From NCBI GenBank assembly GCA_013265495.1, contig MU058205.1, positions 136,312 through 200,311 on the forward strand: 64,000 bases of DNA, read 5' to 3'. Made by a program: the position numbers and the translations under genes. Under the pieces are notes generated by a model, which saw only the letters and a list, made by a program, of their open reading frames with translations, was not told where the DNA came from and did not search any database. Source of the stretch: Vicugna vicugna. Its lineage: Eukaryota. This document shows, piece by piece, positions 37,560-49,628 of this stretch (within the stretch, counting starts at the first letter, position 1; the number at the start of each line of letters is the position of its first letter).

Positions 37560-39300
37560 ATTGTACATAACTGCAGGAAAGTGAATGATTCTTGTTGCTA
37601 GATTTCCCTCACCACTCCTATCTGCCTCTGTAGGTTTCAGGATTATTGCCTGTTACATCTCAAGATTCTTTCCTCTCTACAAATTATGTCCATTCACTAT
37701 AAATCAGACCTAACCTTCACTGAATTCCTTGAAAATAAGTGTAATTATTTTTCTTAAAAATACTTTGTTTGAAACTTTTTTTAGGAGATGGCTTTATTTT
37801 CTTTGTTTTGTATGCAGAGAAACGACATTGCATTCTTTTATTATGAACTCTCACCAGATCTTCTATTTTAAAAAATTATCAGTAATAAATTAATCACAGT
37901 TAGTAAGTTTTTGTCATGTACGGATAGTTTTTATTATACTCTGAGGCTTGCCTGAAGCTCTGCGATAAAGAAAAGACCAGAGATTGTATCTTCAATAAAC
38001 ACTATCTTAGTGACTCATGGAAAAGAAGTGTACCAGGCAATTTCAAACTATTGACATTTCAAAGAATAGACTATTGGGTTCCGGCTTTTGAGCTGACATC
38101 ATTTAGATAACTTTAAACTATGCCAGAACTTGGAGTCCGAATTTCCAAAACTTTTTAGTTGAGACATATACGGCTTCATGAGAGTAACAGCCCAAGAGTC
38201 AGTACAACAGTAACAGTTTCTTAGGACCGAATGAACTAATGAGGGAAATGTTATTGGTATCGTGTAGATTTGTTTTCAAATTCTGTTTTCTGGATACCCG
38301 AGTCTGCCCCTTCTCTTCTTAAGCTATCCATAATCCACAGCAATTTAGCAAATTCCATTTCCTCAAAGTAAAAATAAAACACTGAAACATGATACTAGAT
38401 TTTCACTGATCACATGGAATTCAGAAATTTACTAAGTCTTTTTACTACTCTTGGAAGTATAGTTATTTGCACAGGCTCAGTAAGAAACTCTCTTCCTTTG
38501 CATCAAGGTATAATAATTAAGCAAATTGATGGTACCACCAAGGCTTATCTGTGTCATAATTGAGAACCATGCTCGCTAAGTCAGGTATGAGCAGCCACTT
38601 CTAAGGTATAAAGTTCAACTGTACTTTTGCGGACAATGTCTAGAATATTCTTCAAGGAAAACTGACCTGGTAGGTGACCTGCCAGTGCCAGCCTCCTGGG
38701 TGGCATGGAAGGTCACTTTCTGGCAGGGTCAGGGGCCCTAGAATATTTGAGAAACCTCCAGAGAAGAAAGATTCACCCAAGTTTGGGGGACTGCAGGGCG
38801 AATCTGGTAGAGAGTTTCCTGGGTTGGGTTTCACAGTCTCTGGCTAGCAGCCCAATATGATCCCCGAGGCAAACTCCAGAGAGAGGGCAGCTGTTGGCTG
38901 GTTCTGGATGTTTTGTGGGATCATTAGCTCTCCTGCTGCACCCGTAGAAATAACCACGCCAGATCTCATGAAAGCCATCTTTTGTGGTCAAAAACAATCT
39001 TTCTTTGAGATTGTTATGATTGCAAAGGAGAGACACTGCCAGGGAAAAAATGTGAAAGGGTTTGAAATGACCAGAAAGATTCCTTGGGTGTCCTCCATGG
39101 AAAACTGGTGTTTCACGCACACCCTCCTGAGTTTTCTGATTCTACAGGCCTGGCACTTTTTATTGTCTCTGAGCTAGTTTTCGACTCTGAAAGTTGTAGC
39201 AAACAATCCTTATGTGTGGACGTGCAAAAGAAAAAAAAAATCTGTCTGGTGGAAGACAATTCCACTCTCATGGAAAAAAGGCAGTTTTGTATCAATTTGA
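37560..39300 (+). mobile_element. MER4-group ERV1 internal (non-coding) remnant
   Basis: ggaaggtcactttctggcagg...acctccagagaagaaagattcacccaa...gcagggcgaatctggtag resembles MER4-group internal sequence. No LTR pair was identified. Confidence 0.5.
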
Positions 39301-39427
39301 TTTATAAATTCATTTCATGGCCTCTGTTTCTGCTCCTGGAACTGGTGGAATGTCTTACTTATTCCTTGATGAGTGAAATACAATCTGTGACCTATGTTTA
39401 TTTAATAATTACATGAGTAATGTTTTT

Positions 39428-39540
39428 GGGGGGAGGTAATTAGGTTTATTTATTTAAGTTTGGAGGAGGGACTGGGGATTGAACCCAGGACCTCGTGCAT
39501 GCTAGGCATGTGCTCTACCACTTGAACTATATCTTCTCTC
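39428..39540 (-). mobile_element. Vic-1-like SINE
   Basis: ctggggattgaacccaggacctcgtgcatgctaggcatgtgctctaccacttgaactata. Flanks tgttttt. Confidence 0.9.
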
Positions 39541-39988
39541 TTGTTTTTTCCTTTAAAAAACTGATCCATAACATTACTACTTCCGCTGCTATTATCCAGC
39601 CAACATTCTGTGAGCATTTGCTGTATGCCGGGCCCTGGGAATACCTCCACGAGTCCACTGTCTTCTTCCCAAGGAGCCCACACTTCGGGAAAAGAGAAAA
39701 GTAAACCGCGGTTGCTGTGCTGTGTTTAAGGCCTGTGTTAGAGGAGGCTCACAGGGTCTAGGGGCACTGAGGAGGGCTGGGCCCCCCGCTCTCGTCAGGG
39801 TGTGAGGGTTTGTGTCTGGAGGGGATGGTTGTCAGGACACAGCCACCAGGGCGTGGCACAGCCAAGGCTCCCACTGGCAACATGGAATGTCCACACCCTT
39901 TCTCCTGACAGTCTTTGGCTGCTGTGGAAACTGCAAGGACAATGTCTTGGTGGCTTCTTGCTGATCGGTGGCCAGAGACATGGGCCGC

Positions 39989-40885
39989 TGTGATGGTTAA
40001 TTTTATGTGTCAACTTGACTGGGCCACGGGGCGCCCATCAATTGGTTAAACATCATTCTGATGTGTCTGCAAGGGCATATTTGGATGAGAGTGCTGCCAA
40101 AGGCAAGTTCGTGCGCCTGCCACACCAAGAGGCCAAACAAACTGAAACGTCGGAGTCTGGAGTGGTTTACTGCACGGCTTAGCGATGAGGGCAGGGTGGC
40201 CCAAGAAAATCCCGAACTCCCCGAAGAGTTTCAGCAAAGCAAAGGCCGGGTAAGGGAGGGAGGGTCACAAGGTGACCAGCTCGTGCACAGTCCTCTGATT
40301 GGTTGATGTGGAGGGAACAAGGAGTCAACACCATCACCCTCGGGAGCCAGAAGGCCTGGGGGTCACATGCTCTCCATCATCAAGTAGTTAATTTCTTCCC
40401 TTTGGTGGTGGTTTTTAGCATCTGAAAAAACTCAGGAAATACACCTGAGATACTGTGATCTGGGAGCTTCAGAGGATATGGGGGAGGAGGGTCTGACCCG
40501 GAAGGCCCCACAGGGTCCTGCTTGGTTACAAGAGTAGCATTTGCATAGGTGGGCCTGGTAGAGCAGACGGCTCAACCCAGTGAGGGTGGGTCTCATCCAG
40601 TCCACTGAAGGCCTGACTAAAACCAGAAGGCTGACCTTTCTGCTAATAAGAAGCAAGGCCTGGCTGACTGCTTTAAGCTGGGTCTTGAGCTTTTTCCTGC
40701 CTTTGGAATCAGACTGAAACATCAGCTCTTCCTGGGTCTTGGGCCCGCTGGCCTTTTGGAAGGGCTACGCTGGCAGCTGTCCTGGGCCTCCAGCTTGCCG
40801 ACCACGGACCTTGGGGGTTGGCCGCCTTCATAATCGTGTGAACCAACTCCTTATAATAAATCAGTCTCCTTCTCTCTCTCTCTAT

Positions 40886-40923
<38 letters not shown>

Positions 40924-40958
40924 CTCCTATGGGTTCCTTTTTCCGGAGGATCCTAATA
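39989..40958 (+). mobile_element. MLT2 (ERVL) LTR split by an ERV1 LTR; contains a (CT)/(CA) microsatellite
   Basis: Canonical start tgtgatggttaattttatgtgtcaacttgactgggcca; ctccagcttgccgac...ccttcataatcgtgtgaaccaa...tcctatgggttc. Confidence 0.88.
40092..40530 (-). mobile_element. ERV1-type solo LTR, family B copy 2
   Basis: tg...gttaca, perfect TSD agag (40088-40091 / 40531-40534). Confidence 0.9.
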
Positions 40959-41504
40959 TGGCTGCCTTGGTCCTGACTGATTCCCTCTTTTCTCTCTTTC
41001 CAATCTCCCCAAAAAACTACCCCTCCTGCTCTTCCATTTGACCCCACCGTTTCCGAATTCACTGTAGAATAAACCTCAGATGGCCAAGTTTTTTTGTCAC
41101 TAGAACCAACTCATAATCCCAGGTTTCAGTGTATTTTTTACAATACCTACACATTGCAAAGAAACTGGAACAAAGCTACAAGCCACCTTGAAGTGAACAG
41201 CTCTGCTCCCAGACCTCCTCCAGAGGAGGACCTGGCTGAGCCCGTCCTGGGTGCTAAGTCCCTGCCTGCTCCACCCCAGGTTCTCTCTAGGAAGTCCTGC
41301 CCGACGTCAGCTTTGCCAGATTTAGACTGTCCCTCCGGCTAGGTGGGGGGTGATTCTCAGCTCCTCCCAGGACTTGTCTATGGGTGTCTGCATGTGGCTC
41401 AGGACAGCTCTGTGCCAGGCTTCTCCACAGCACTGCACAGTGTGCACACCAGCCACGGGCCCTGGCTTAGGGAAAGTTAGCCTTCCTTTCCTCACTCGTT
41501 AAGA

Positions 41505-42027
41505 CCTGATGGTTCCCCAAAGATGTTCACATCCTAATCCTCAGAACTCATGACCAAGTGCGTTATACGGCAAAGGGGGATCAAGGTTGTAGATGGAATT
41601 AAATTTGCTGATAAGCTGACTTTCAAAAGGGGGGTGGTCCTGGATTATGCTTGGGCCCAATGTCAGCATAAAGGCCTTTACCTTTAACTGTGGATGCTGG
41701 AAACAGAAGAGAAGGAGATGTGAAGATGTCAGAGTGATGTGACGTGGGGTGGATGGAGCCTGAAGTTGCTGGCTTTGAGGATGGGGGAAGGAGCCACAAG
41801 CCAAGGAACATGGGTGGCCTGTAGAAGATGGAAAAGGCAAAGAAACGAATCGGGTTCTTCTCTGGAGCCTCCAGAAGGCACAGAGCCCTGCTGACACCTT
41901 GATTCTAGTCCAGTGAGGCCCATTTTTCAACTTCCGATCTCGAGCACTGTATGATAAATACGTTTGTGTTGCTTTCAGCCAGTACCCCTGTGGTGATTTG
42001 TTACAGCAGTGAAAGGAAACTGCTACA
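41505..42027 (+). mobile_element. MLT1D-like MaLR LTR
   Basis: ccccaaagatgttcacatcctaatcc...gatggaattaa...tgctggctttgaggatgg...gccctgctgacaccttgatt...atttgttacagcag. Confidence 0.85.
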
Positions 42028-42210
42028 CAAACCCCCTTCTGAAAGGGTTCTCCATGGGGGCCGCCGACCTCAGGGGCCACGGCCCAGTCCTTGAGCATGA
42101 CTCACTCTGACGGCTGCAGCCCGCATTTCCTTCCTGGTGGGAGTCTCCTTTCTCAGTGGGAAGGCCCACCAATCTTCTGTTTTCTTTCTTGCCTGAGGGA
42201 TTCTGTTTCT

Positions 42211-42712
42211 TTTTCTTTTCTTTCTGTTTTCTTTCACTGAAGTATAGTCAATTACAAAATGTCAATTTATGGTGCACAGCACAGTGTCCCAGTTTTGCAT
42301 ATACATACATATATTCGTTTTCTTATTTTTTCCATTAATTACAATATATTGAGCATAGTTCCCTGTGCTATACAAAAGAAACTTTTTAAAAAAAATCTAC
42401 TTTTATATATAGTGGCTAACATTTGTAAATATCAAACTCCCAAATTATCCCCTCCCACCCTCTTTCCCCAATAACCATAAGATTGTTTACTAAATCTGAG
42501 AGTCTCTGTTTTGTAGATGAGTTCACAGTGCCTTTTCTTTTTTTTAGATTCCACACATGAGAGATATCATACGGTATTTTTCTTTCTTTTTCTGGCTTAC
42601 TTCACTTAGAATGGCCATCTCTAGGTCCATCTGTGTTGCTGCAAATGACATTTTTTAAATTAATTTTTATGGCAGAGTAGTGTTCCAGTATAAATATACT
42701 ACATCTTCTTTA
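42211..42712 (-). mobile_element. Lineage-specific 5'-truncated L1
   Basis: Perfect 16-bp TSD gagggattctgtttct (42195-42210 / 42713-42728). T-rich tail on the left. Confidence 0.92.
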
Positions 42713-42744
42713 GAGGGATTCTGTTTCTGAGCTTCGTGTGCCTC

Positions 42745-43523
42745 ACAGGTGAGCCACAGAGAGAGCCCTGTGCTCCGAAGGGCCCCTCACTTGGAGTTTT
42801 ATCGCCCTGCAGTTTCTGCCTTGAAATTCTTAAGAATTTTATCTTTGAAGTTGGGCTTTCATTCTAAACCCAATGGAACAGTGGAGCACCTGCTGGCTCC
42901 TCCAGGGTTCTGTCTCTGCCCTCTCCCGCCTCCCAGGGGTGGGTCCCTGGTCACACGCTCATCTACCCACTGTACCCACTGTGCCCTCTCCACCCGCAGC
43001 AGGGGACTGGGTGCTGGTTCCGGAAGGGACGCAGCTGGGCGTGTGACTGCACAGCGCCTTGGGGTGGCATGGTGGTGCTGTCTGCCTGTCTGGCTGGCAG
43101 CACCTTGGCTAGTTTGGTGGCGGCCGGGGACAGTTGGTGAGTGGCTCACATGGCCCTGATCCAAGCATCCGAAGGCTGCGATGCCCTAGGGGTCACCTGT
43201 CTGTGGGGTGAGGCTGGCGGGCCTGCGTCCAGTGGACCTTCCTGCTCCTAGCCAGGGCCGGCCCCTCTACCCACTAGCAGGTGGAGAAAAGCTGGCAGTT
43301 GGAGTCACACGGAGCTCCACGTGGAGCGGCAGGCAGGGCCCTGCCCCTGTGAAAGTCCACTCTGGCGCAGCACATTCAATGACAAATAAAAACCGCCACC
43401 TCAGGGTGAGAGAGACCCTGGGAGAAGGGAAAGCACCTTGTATTTTAGTTCCCTTAGTGACAATTTCATCCCGCTTTCCAAGCCAGGGGCCCCACGGTTT
43501 CATCTGGCTTGGAGCCGGTCCTG
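42745..43523. mobile_element. MER45B-like hAT-Tip100 element
   Basis: gctccgaagggcccctcacttgg...ccttgaaattcttaagaatttt at the left; gcagcacattcaatgacaaataaaaac...gagagagacc...ccaggggccc...gccggtcctg at the right. Confidence 0.65.
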
Positions 43524-44149
43524 ACCCTAAGCCCAGGGGACAGATCGTCCCTGTGCCCAGGGGACCGTGACTACATCTCAGCTTCTTTGCATGCCCCCGT
43601 CCCTGGCCCCGGCTTCTCTTTCATGATTCCTTCATTAGAGTGATGGCTGGTACTGCAGGTCCATGAGGAAAGAAGGCTTCATGCGTCAGTAACAGTAACG
43701 GATATTCCCAGAGCAGGAGGTCTGGTCCGGTGAAAAGACTGACATGAGGAAAAACCAGTTCGGGATTAATGCGGGCCAGTGAGTCAGCGGGGGTGACGCT
43801 GGTGAGTCTTACAGGAAAAACAGACTTCAGAAAATAGTGATCTGTCAAGGTGGAGTCAGCTAGCTGGTCAGTCTTGATTGCTGTTTGGAAATAACTGAAT
43901 CCAATTTGAATCTTCAGTTTGAGCCGCAGTATTATATATTTTGTTTTGAATCTAATCAGGTCATGGGCAGGGTTAGTGGCGTAACAGAGTTGTAAACTGC
44001 TGTTGGTTAGGCGTCTAGGCAGTGTCCTCCCAACCCCTTTTCTGTCCCTTTTTGAGTCCTCTGTGAGTGACACGAGGAGTCACATGGAGACCTCAGCTGT
44101 CACTGGGCCAGGGGGCAGCTGGCTCACACCGGGGGCCAAGGGTTCCTTC

Positions 44150-45080
44150 CCTTTCCTGAGTCTCCACTGAATAGAGGGGATGGGGCGAAGCCATGCCCCC
44201 TGCGCTGGCCCGCCATGTAGGTGTGCGGGTGGGGACACGAGGTGCACCAGGATGGGCGGTGGCAGCAGCGGCCTGGGCGGAAGCCCCGTCTGCACACGTC
44301 AGCACTTGCGAAGCTCGCGGGTCAGGTTTCATTTGGCCCGTGAAGCAGGGAGGCTACCGCTGCGCTTTCTTCCTTTTAAAGAACCTGGAAGAGAAGAAAT
44401 GTGTGCAGGGAGGGGGTTTGATGCAGAGAAGGACAGGAGAGTCCTGGCTGCTGGCCTGACCCCCGCCCCCGGCTAACCAGACTAGTTCACGCGCGTGTCT
44501 GCACTTTACACGGACGAGGTGTGCTGTGCTTCGGCGCTGGTCCTGAAGTTCACGGCGGCCCTCCCCTTGGGGGCGGCTGTTGTCCCGGACAGTGGGGGCT
44601 GTGAGGTCCCCAGCCAGCCGGGCTTCCGGGAACAGGGCTCAGCCTGCAGGACTTTCTGATACAGGAGTCGAGGAATTTGAATTCAGCCCCGTTGCCTTGG
44701 CTGCTTGTCTGGGTCGCTGAGGCAGGCAGGCACGTGACTGCCTTCTTGCCGTGGTTCCGGTCAATCGTCCGGTACCGCTGAGTAAGCGCAGGACAGCAGG
44801 GCCGGGCACCAGAGCCCGTGGCCTCGGCCGGCTCCCCTGCTCCGGCCCGGGCCTGCTGGAGCGCTGGGCACCCCCCAGGTGTCCGCGCCTGTCGCGACAT
44901 CCCTGCGGCCTGGAAGCTCCCCGTCCTGAGGCCATCTGCCCACAGTCCTAGCACAAGCACGACCTCAGAGAGGACGCAAGGGGTGGAGTGGGCTGGATTT
45001 TGAGAGGGAAGCCTACGCAGAAGGGGAAAGGTAAATCAAAGTGCTGCTGTTGCCTGGGTCGGCCCGAGAGCCACCTTGAC
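44150..45080. promoter_or_regulatory. GC- and CpG-rich segment (CpG-island-like)
   Basis: Visibly high GC and CpG density in sequence I could not assign to a repeat. Not computed. Confidence 0.45.
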
Positions 45081-46847
45081 TGACAACCAGGGTGTCTTCG
45101 CAGGATTCAGAAAGGGAAGGGGTGGGCCTGCGGGGTAGTAACGCTGCCCCAGGGCAACATTTTCAGTATTGTCTTTTACTTTCTAAGGAAACTGTTCCTT
45201 CCATACTCACATCTGCCCTTTCTGACCCAGCTGCTAGAGCAACAGGCCCCATAGAATAAATAACCCACTCTCCCTCCGTGGAGGAAACGGCCCCGAGGAT
45301 GAGAGAAAGCGTGTACTTGTGGGACTGGACGCAATGTCAGAGCCAGGTTAGAGCTCAGATCTGCACCGTCCAATCAATTAACTGTTAACTTAACTATTAA
45401 TTAATTAACTTCATTAAAGCTTAGGTCCTCTGTTGCTCTAGCCACCTTTCAAAGTCTCCTGTGGCAGGCAGTTACCGTGGACACTTCCCTCACCTGGAAA
45501 GTGCAGGTGGATGGCTTCTTTCTGGGTTGGGAAACAGAGGCACAGCGGACCCGGCCTCAGACCACAGGCTCAGTGCTCTGATCAGTTCATCATTCAAAGT
45601 CTCCAGCAGATGAGGATTCAGGCCACACATTCAGCAGCAAGAAAATGTCTGTTGTGAATGAGTTTGCCATGGTTTTGGCAGAGAAGGATTGCTGAAGTCT
45701 TTGAGATGATTGCGTGGTTTTTCTGAAAGCAGATGGAAAGGGGGAACTGTTTGCTTTTACTTAGTCTTTTTTTTTTTTTTTGAGGACAGCCTGGGGCCAG
45801 AGAGCAGGCTCAGATGTCTCAGTGTCTGGGCCTGCAGAGGGGCTGGTCAGAGGGCCTGCGCCCGGATGAGGCGGGGACTTTGACATGCACTGACTGTCAC
45901 TTGGCATGCAAGGTCCCACCATCCTGCCTGTCGTGTCTGCTCTGTGCTGACCCCTCCTAATTCTCCCAGGCACCCAAACACCCGCTGCCCCTCCCTGGCT
46001 GGTGCTGGTGCTCCCTCAACTAGGGGGGCATGCCTTCCTGTGGCACCCCCGCCTCTCCTGCTGAACCCTGGCTTTGTTGGGGGCTCCCCCTGCCTGATCC
46101 TCTCAAGTTGGCACAGCCATCTGTCTGAGGAGTGGATCTGAGCTCCCCGCCCAGCCTTCCCAGAGGTTGTCCCTGGCCGTTAGGATCTCAGAGAATCAGT
46201 GGTTGTAAATTGCTGAAATACTGGAATAGCCAGAACAAGGGAGGGAGGCACAGCTCTCCCTGCCTGCTGTGGCCAGCTTCCATCTTGGCACCGGCAGTGA
46301 AGGGACGAATAAGACCCCCCCTGCTCTCAAGGACTTCCTCTCCTGACGAAAGAGACAGAAGAGCAGAGATTTCAGCTCACTCCGGTGGCCACGGGTACAA
46401 ACCATTCACTCCCTCCTCTCCGCAGCTGGTACCTTCTGAGCTCCCGCTGTGCTACCCACCTCTAGGTGAGGGCCTGGGACTTCCATTTTCAGTAAGAACT
46501 GCTTCCTTCTAAGAGCTTGCATCTAAGAGGGAAGCAGGCAGTATCCAAGCAATTACTGCCCTGGTCCATGATCAGGGCAAGCACCGGAGCTACGTATGAA
46601 CAGTGGGATGCTCAGATGTGCCCAAGACACAGTGATGGCTCAGAGGGAGATCTGCCTGGCGAGAGTGCCAGGAAAGCTTCCCAAGGAGGCGGGGGCAAGA
46701 CCACAGTCCTGAAGGATAAAGAGAGGTTCTCCAGGCAGACAGCTTTAGAAGGAATAGCACACACAAAGGCAAGGAGGGAGAACCAGCATGAAAAATGTTT
46801 GGGTGGGTGCATTGGGGGTACATTTGGAGGAGTAGGAAGGTGCCAGA

Positions 46848-47660
46848 TTGTGGGCTGAATGTTTGTGTCCCTCCAAATTCATATATTGAAGCCCTAACCC
46901 CCAGTGTATTTGGAGGTGGTACTTTGGAGAGGTAATAAGGCTTAGATGAGATCACGAGGGTGGGGCCCATGTGATGGGATTAGTGGCTTTTTAAAAATTC
47001 ATATGTATGTTTTTATTGAAGTATAACCAGTTTACAATGTTGTATCAGTTTGTTGTGTACAGCATAATGCTTCAGTCATACGTGAATATACATATATTCT
47101 TTTTCATATTAAAGGACCAGGATTAATGGCTTTTTAAGAGGAGGAAAAGATATTCATTCTCTCTAGCATGTGAAGATGCAGGGTGAAGACAGCCCTTTTT
47201 TTAAAACATTGAAGTATAGTCAGTTTACAGTGTGTTCATTTCTGGTGTACAGCATCATGTTTCAGTCATACATATACATACATATATTTCTTTTCATATT
47301 CTTTTTCATTATAGGTTACTATAAGATATCAATATAAGTTCCCTGTGCTCTGCAGAAGAAACTTGTTGTTTATTTTATATATAGTAGTTAGTATTTGCAA
47401 ATCTCAAACTCCCAATTTATCTCTTCCCACCTCCTGTCCACCCGCCCCCACTACCGGTACCAATAGGTTTGTTTACTGTAAGACAGTCATTTTTGAGCCA
47501 GGAAGAGATCTTACCAAGAAACTGACTATATACTTCAATTAAAAAAAATAAGAACTGAATCTGCCTGCTCCTTGATTTTGGACTTCCAGCCTCCAGAACT
47601 GTGTCTGTTGTTAAGCCCCCAGCCTGTGGTGTTTTGTTCTGGCAGCCTGAGACTGAGACA
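46848..47660 (+). mobile_element. MLT1A/B-like LTR carrying three short L1 tail insertions
   Basis: tgtgggctgaatgtttgtgtccctccaaattcatat...cttgattttggacttccagcctccagaactgtg...ggcagcctgagactgagaca. L1 tails at about 46995-47119 (-), 47196-47477 (-) and 47520-47550 (+). Confidence 0.85.
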
Positions 47661-48569
47661 CGTGGCTCTGCCAAGGATTTTAATTCGACTCAGGAGACAC
47701 TGAGAGGTTTAAGGCATGAGACTAGCTCTGTGGAACATGCACTTGCAACCATGCAAAAGATGGCCTGGTGAAGGAGGGAGAGGGTCCTGCCGAGGAGCTG
47801 TGTCTGGAGCCCAGGAGAGCCTGCTCGGCTGGTCAAGGAGCTGAGGACACTTGGACAGAGAGCCCTCCAGGGGCCCAGGTCCTGTCATGGAGCACTGCCG
47901 GGACTGGTGGTGAGGGCGAGAGGGTGCACAGGGATGTCAGGAGGCTTGCCCGGGACTGGCGCGTGAGTGATAGTCCAGGGGACACTGGAGGTCGTGGTGA
48001 TGAGTCCCACATCCACGCGTCAGGAGCCTGGCTTTGGAAGCAGAGGGCACTTCACTGTAATCAGTATAACTTCTATGGAATGCCTACTTGTTCAATGAGT
48101 CTTTTCCCTCCTTCTCTCACTGTTCTGTAATCTCTGGGGTGGAGGACTGAGTTGCTCACATTCCTCGGCCCATTCACACCCCTGAGACCACCCTTTCGTT
48201 CCTCCTTCCTGCTCCCACAGGCAGGCGCCCTTCCTTTGCACGTGGTTTGTGAAATATACGCGTTTGGTTTCGGATGCACTGACAGCTGGTGCCGCTGGCA
48301 TCTCCTGGAGAGCTCACCCACTTCTTGCCTTGCACTGCCTGCCCCGGTGGCTCAGTGCTTCCCGTCCACGCCGATTCCACCGTCCCTGTCCCCTGGGCCT
48401 GCGGCTGGTGCCGTGGGAGCCTCCTTCAGGGTGCATGGTCCTTGTGGGCACAGACACAGGAGTGGAGGGGCTCCGTGGTGGTCTCCACCCCCCTGCAGTG
48501 CAGACTCCACTCCATCCACCTTCTCACCCCACCTGCCCGTCTGATGACAAGTGCGGTGTGGACATGCTT

Positions 48570-49005
48570 CACTGAGTGTTGGATATTTTTCTAATAACTA
48601 GTGAGTCTGAACCCTTAGCATATGCTGGTGATAGTTCTGAGGTTTTTTTCTGTATGTTACTTGTTCATTGGGGGTTCCTGTCTCTTTTTGTTTATTCAAA
48701 CTTTCAGGGGACTTTGCATATTCTAGATATCCATTCTTTGCCAATTTCAGCCATTAAAAAATTAAATCTTAATCTGACATTCATCTCTTAACTTTGTACT
48801 TGGTGTCTTTTGTCACACAGAAGTTTTAATTTTCATGCAATTAAATTAACTTTCTTTTTTGCCTTATGGTTTGTACTCTTAAAGTTTTATTTCAGAAGTC
48901 TTTCCTCACAGGTAGGTAACAAAGCTACCTTTACATCTAACTTTGTAGGTTCCCAATAAACTTTATAGTTTTACTGTTTTCAAGAGGGTCTTTAATCCAT
49001 GGGGA
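48570..49005 (-). mobile_element. Ancient L1ME-like remnant
   Basis: ttttctaataactagtgagtctga...tgcatattctagatatccattctttg...cagaagttttaattttcatg. Confidence 0.6.
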
Positions 49006-49081
49006 ATCCAGTCATCATCACGGCCAACAGTCATGAAGTGCTTGCCATGTTTCAGGCATTGTTTTAAATGCTTTTAACTAT

Positions 49082-49628
49082 TTTTGGTTAAATTTTATGT
49101 TTTAACTTTTTATGGAGGTAAAGTTGATGTACAATATCATATAAGTTTCAGATGTACAACACAGTGATTCAGTTTTTTAAAGGTTACTCTTCTTGTATAG
49201 TTAGTATAAGATACTAGCTGGATTCCCCGTGTTGTACCATACTTCCTTGTAGCTTGTTTATTTTTCACACAGTGCAGTTTGTACCTCTTCATCACCTATC
49301 TCCTTACCTCTTTCCTCCCCACCCTGGTAAACACGAGTTTGTCCTCTGTGTCTGTGAGTCTGTTTCTGTTTTGTTATATTCACCAGCTTAATTTTTTAGA
49401 TTCCACATGTAAGTGATATCACACAGTATTTGTCTTTCTCTCACTTACTTCTCTTAGTGAATACTCTCTCATAATACTCTTCAAGTCCATCCATGTTGTT
49501 GCAAATGGCAAGATTTATTTTCAGTTGCCAAGATATGGAAGAAACTTAAGTGTCCAAAACAGATGAATGGATAAAGAAGATATGAGGTGGACACACACAC
49601 ACACACACAGTGGACAAACACTCAGTCA
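49082..49628 (-). mobile_element. 5'-inverted (twin-primed) L1 insertion
   Basis: Antisense 3' end at 49082-49522, then a sense-oriented upstream segment at 49523-49628. 17-bp TSD taaatgcttttaactat/taaatgctttaaactat. Confidence 0.85.

Noticed and set aside
41541..42098. 185-aa minus-strand ORF
   Set aside because: It lies almost entirely in the antisense of an MLT1D-like LTR.
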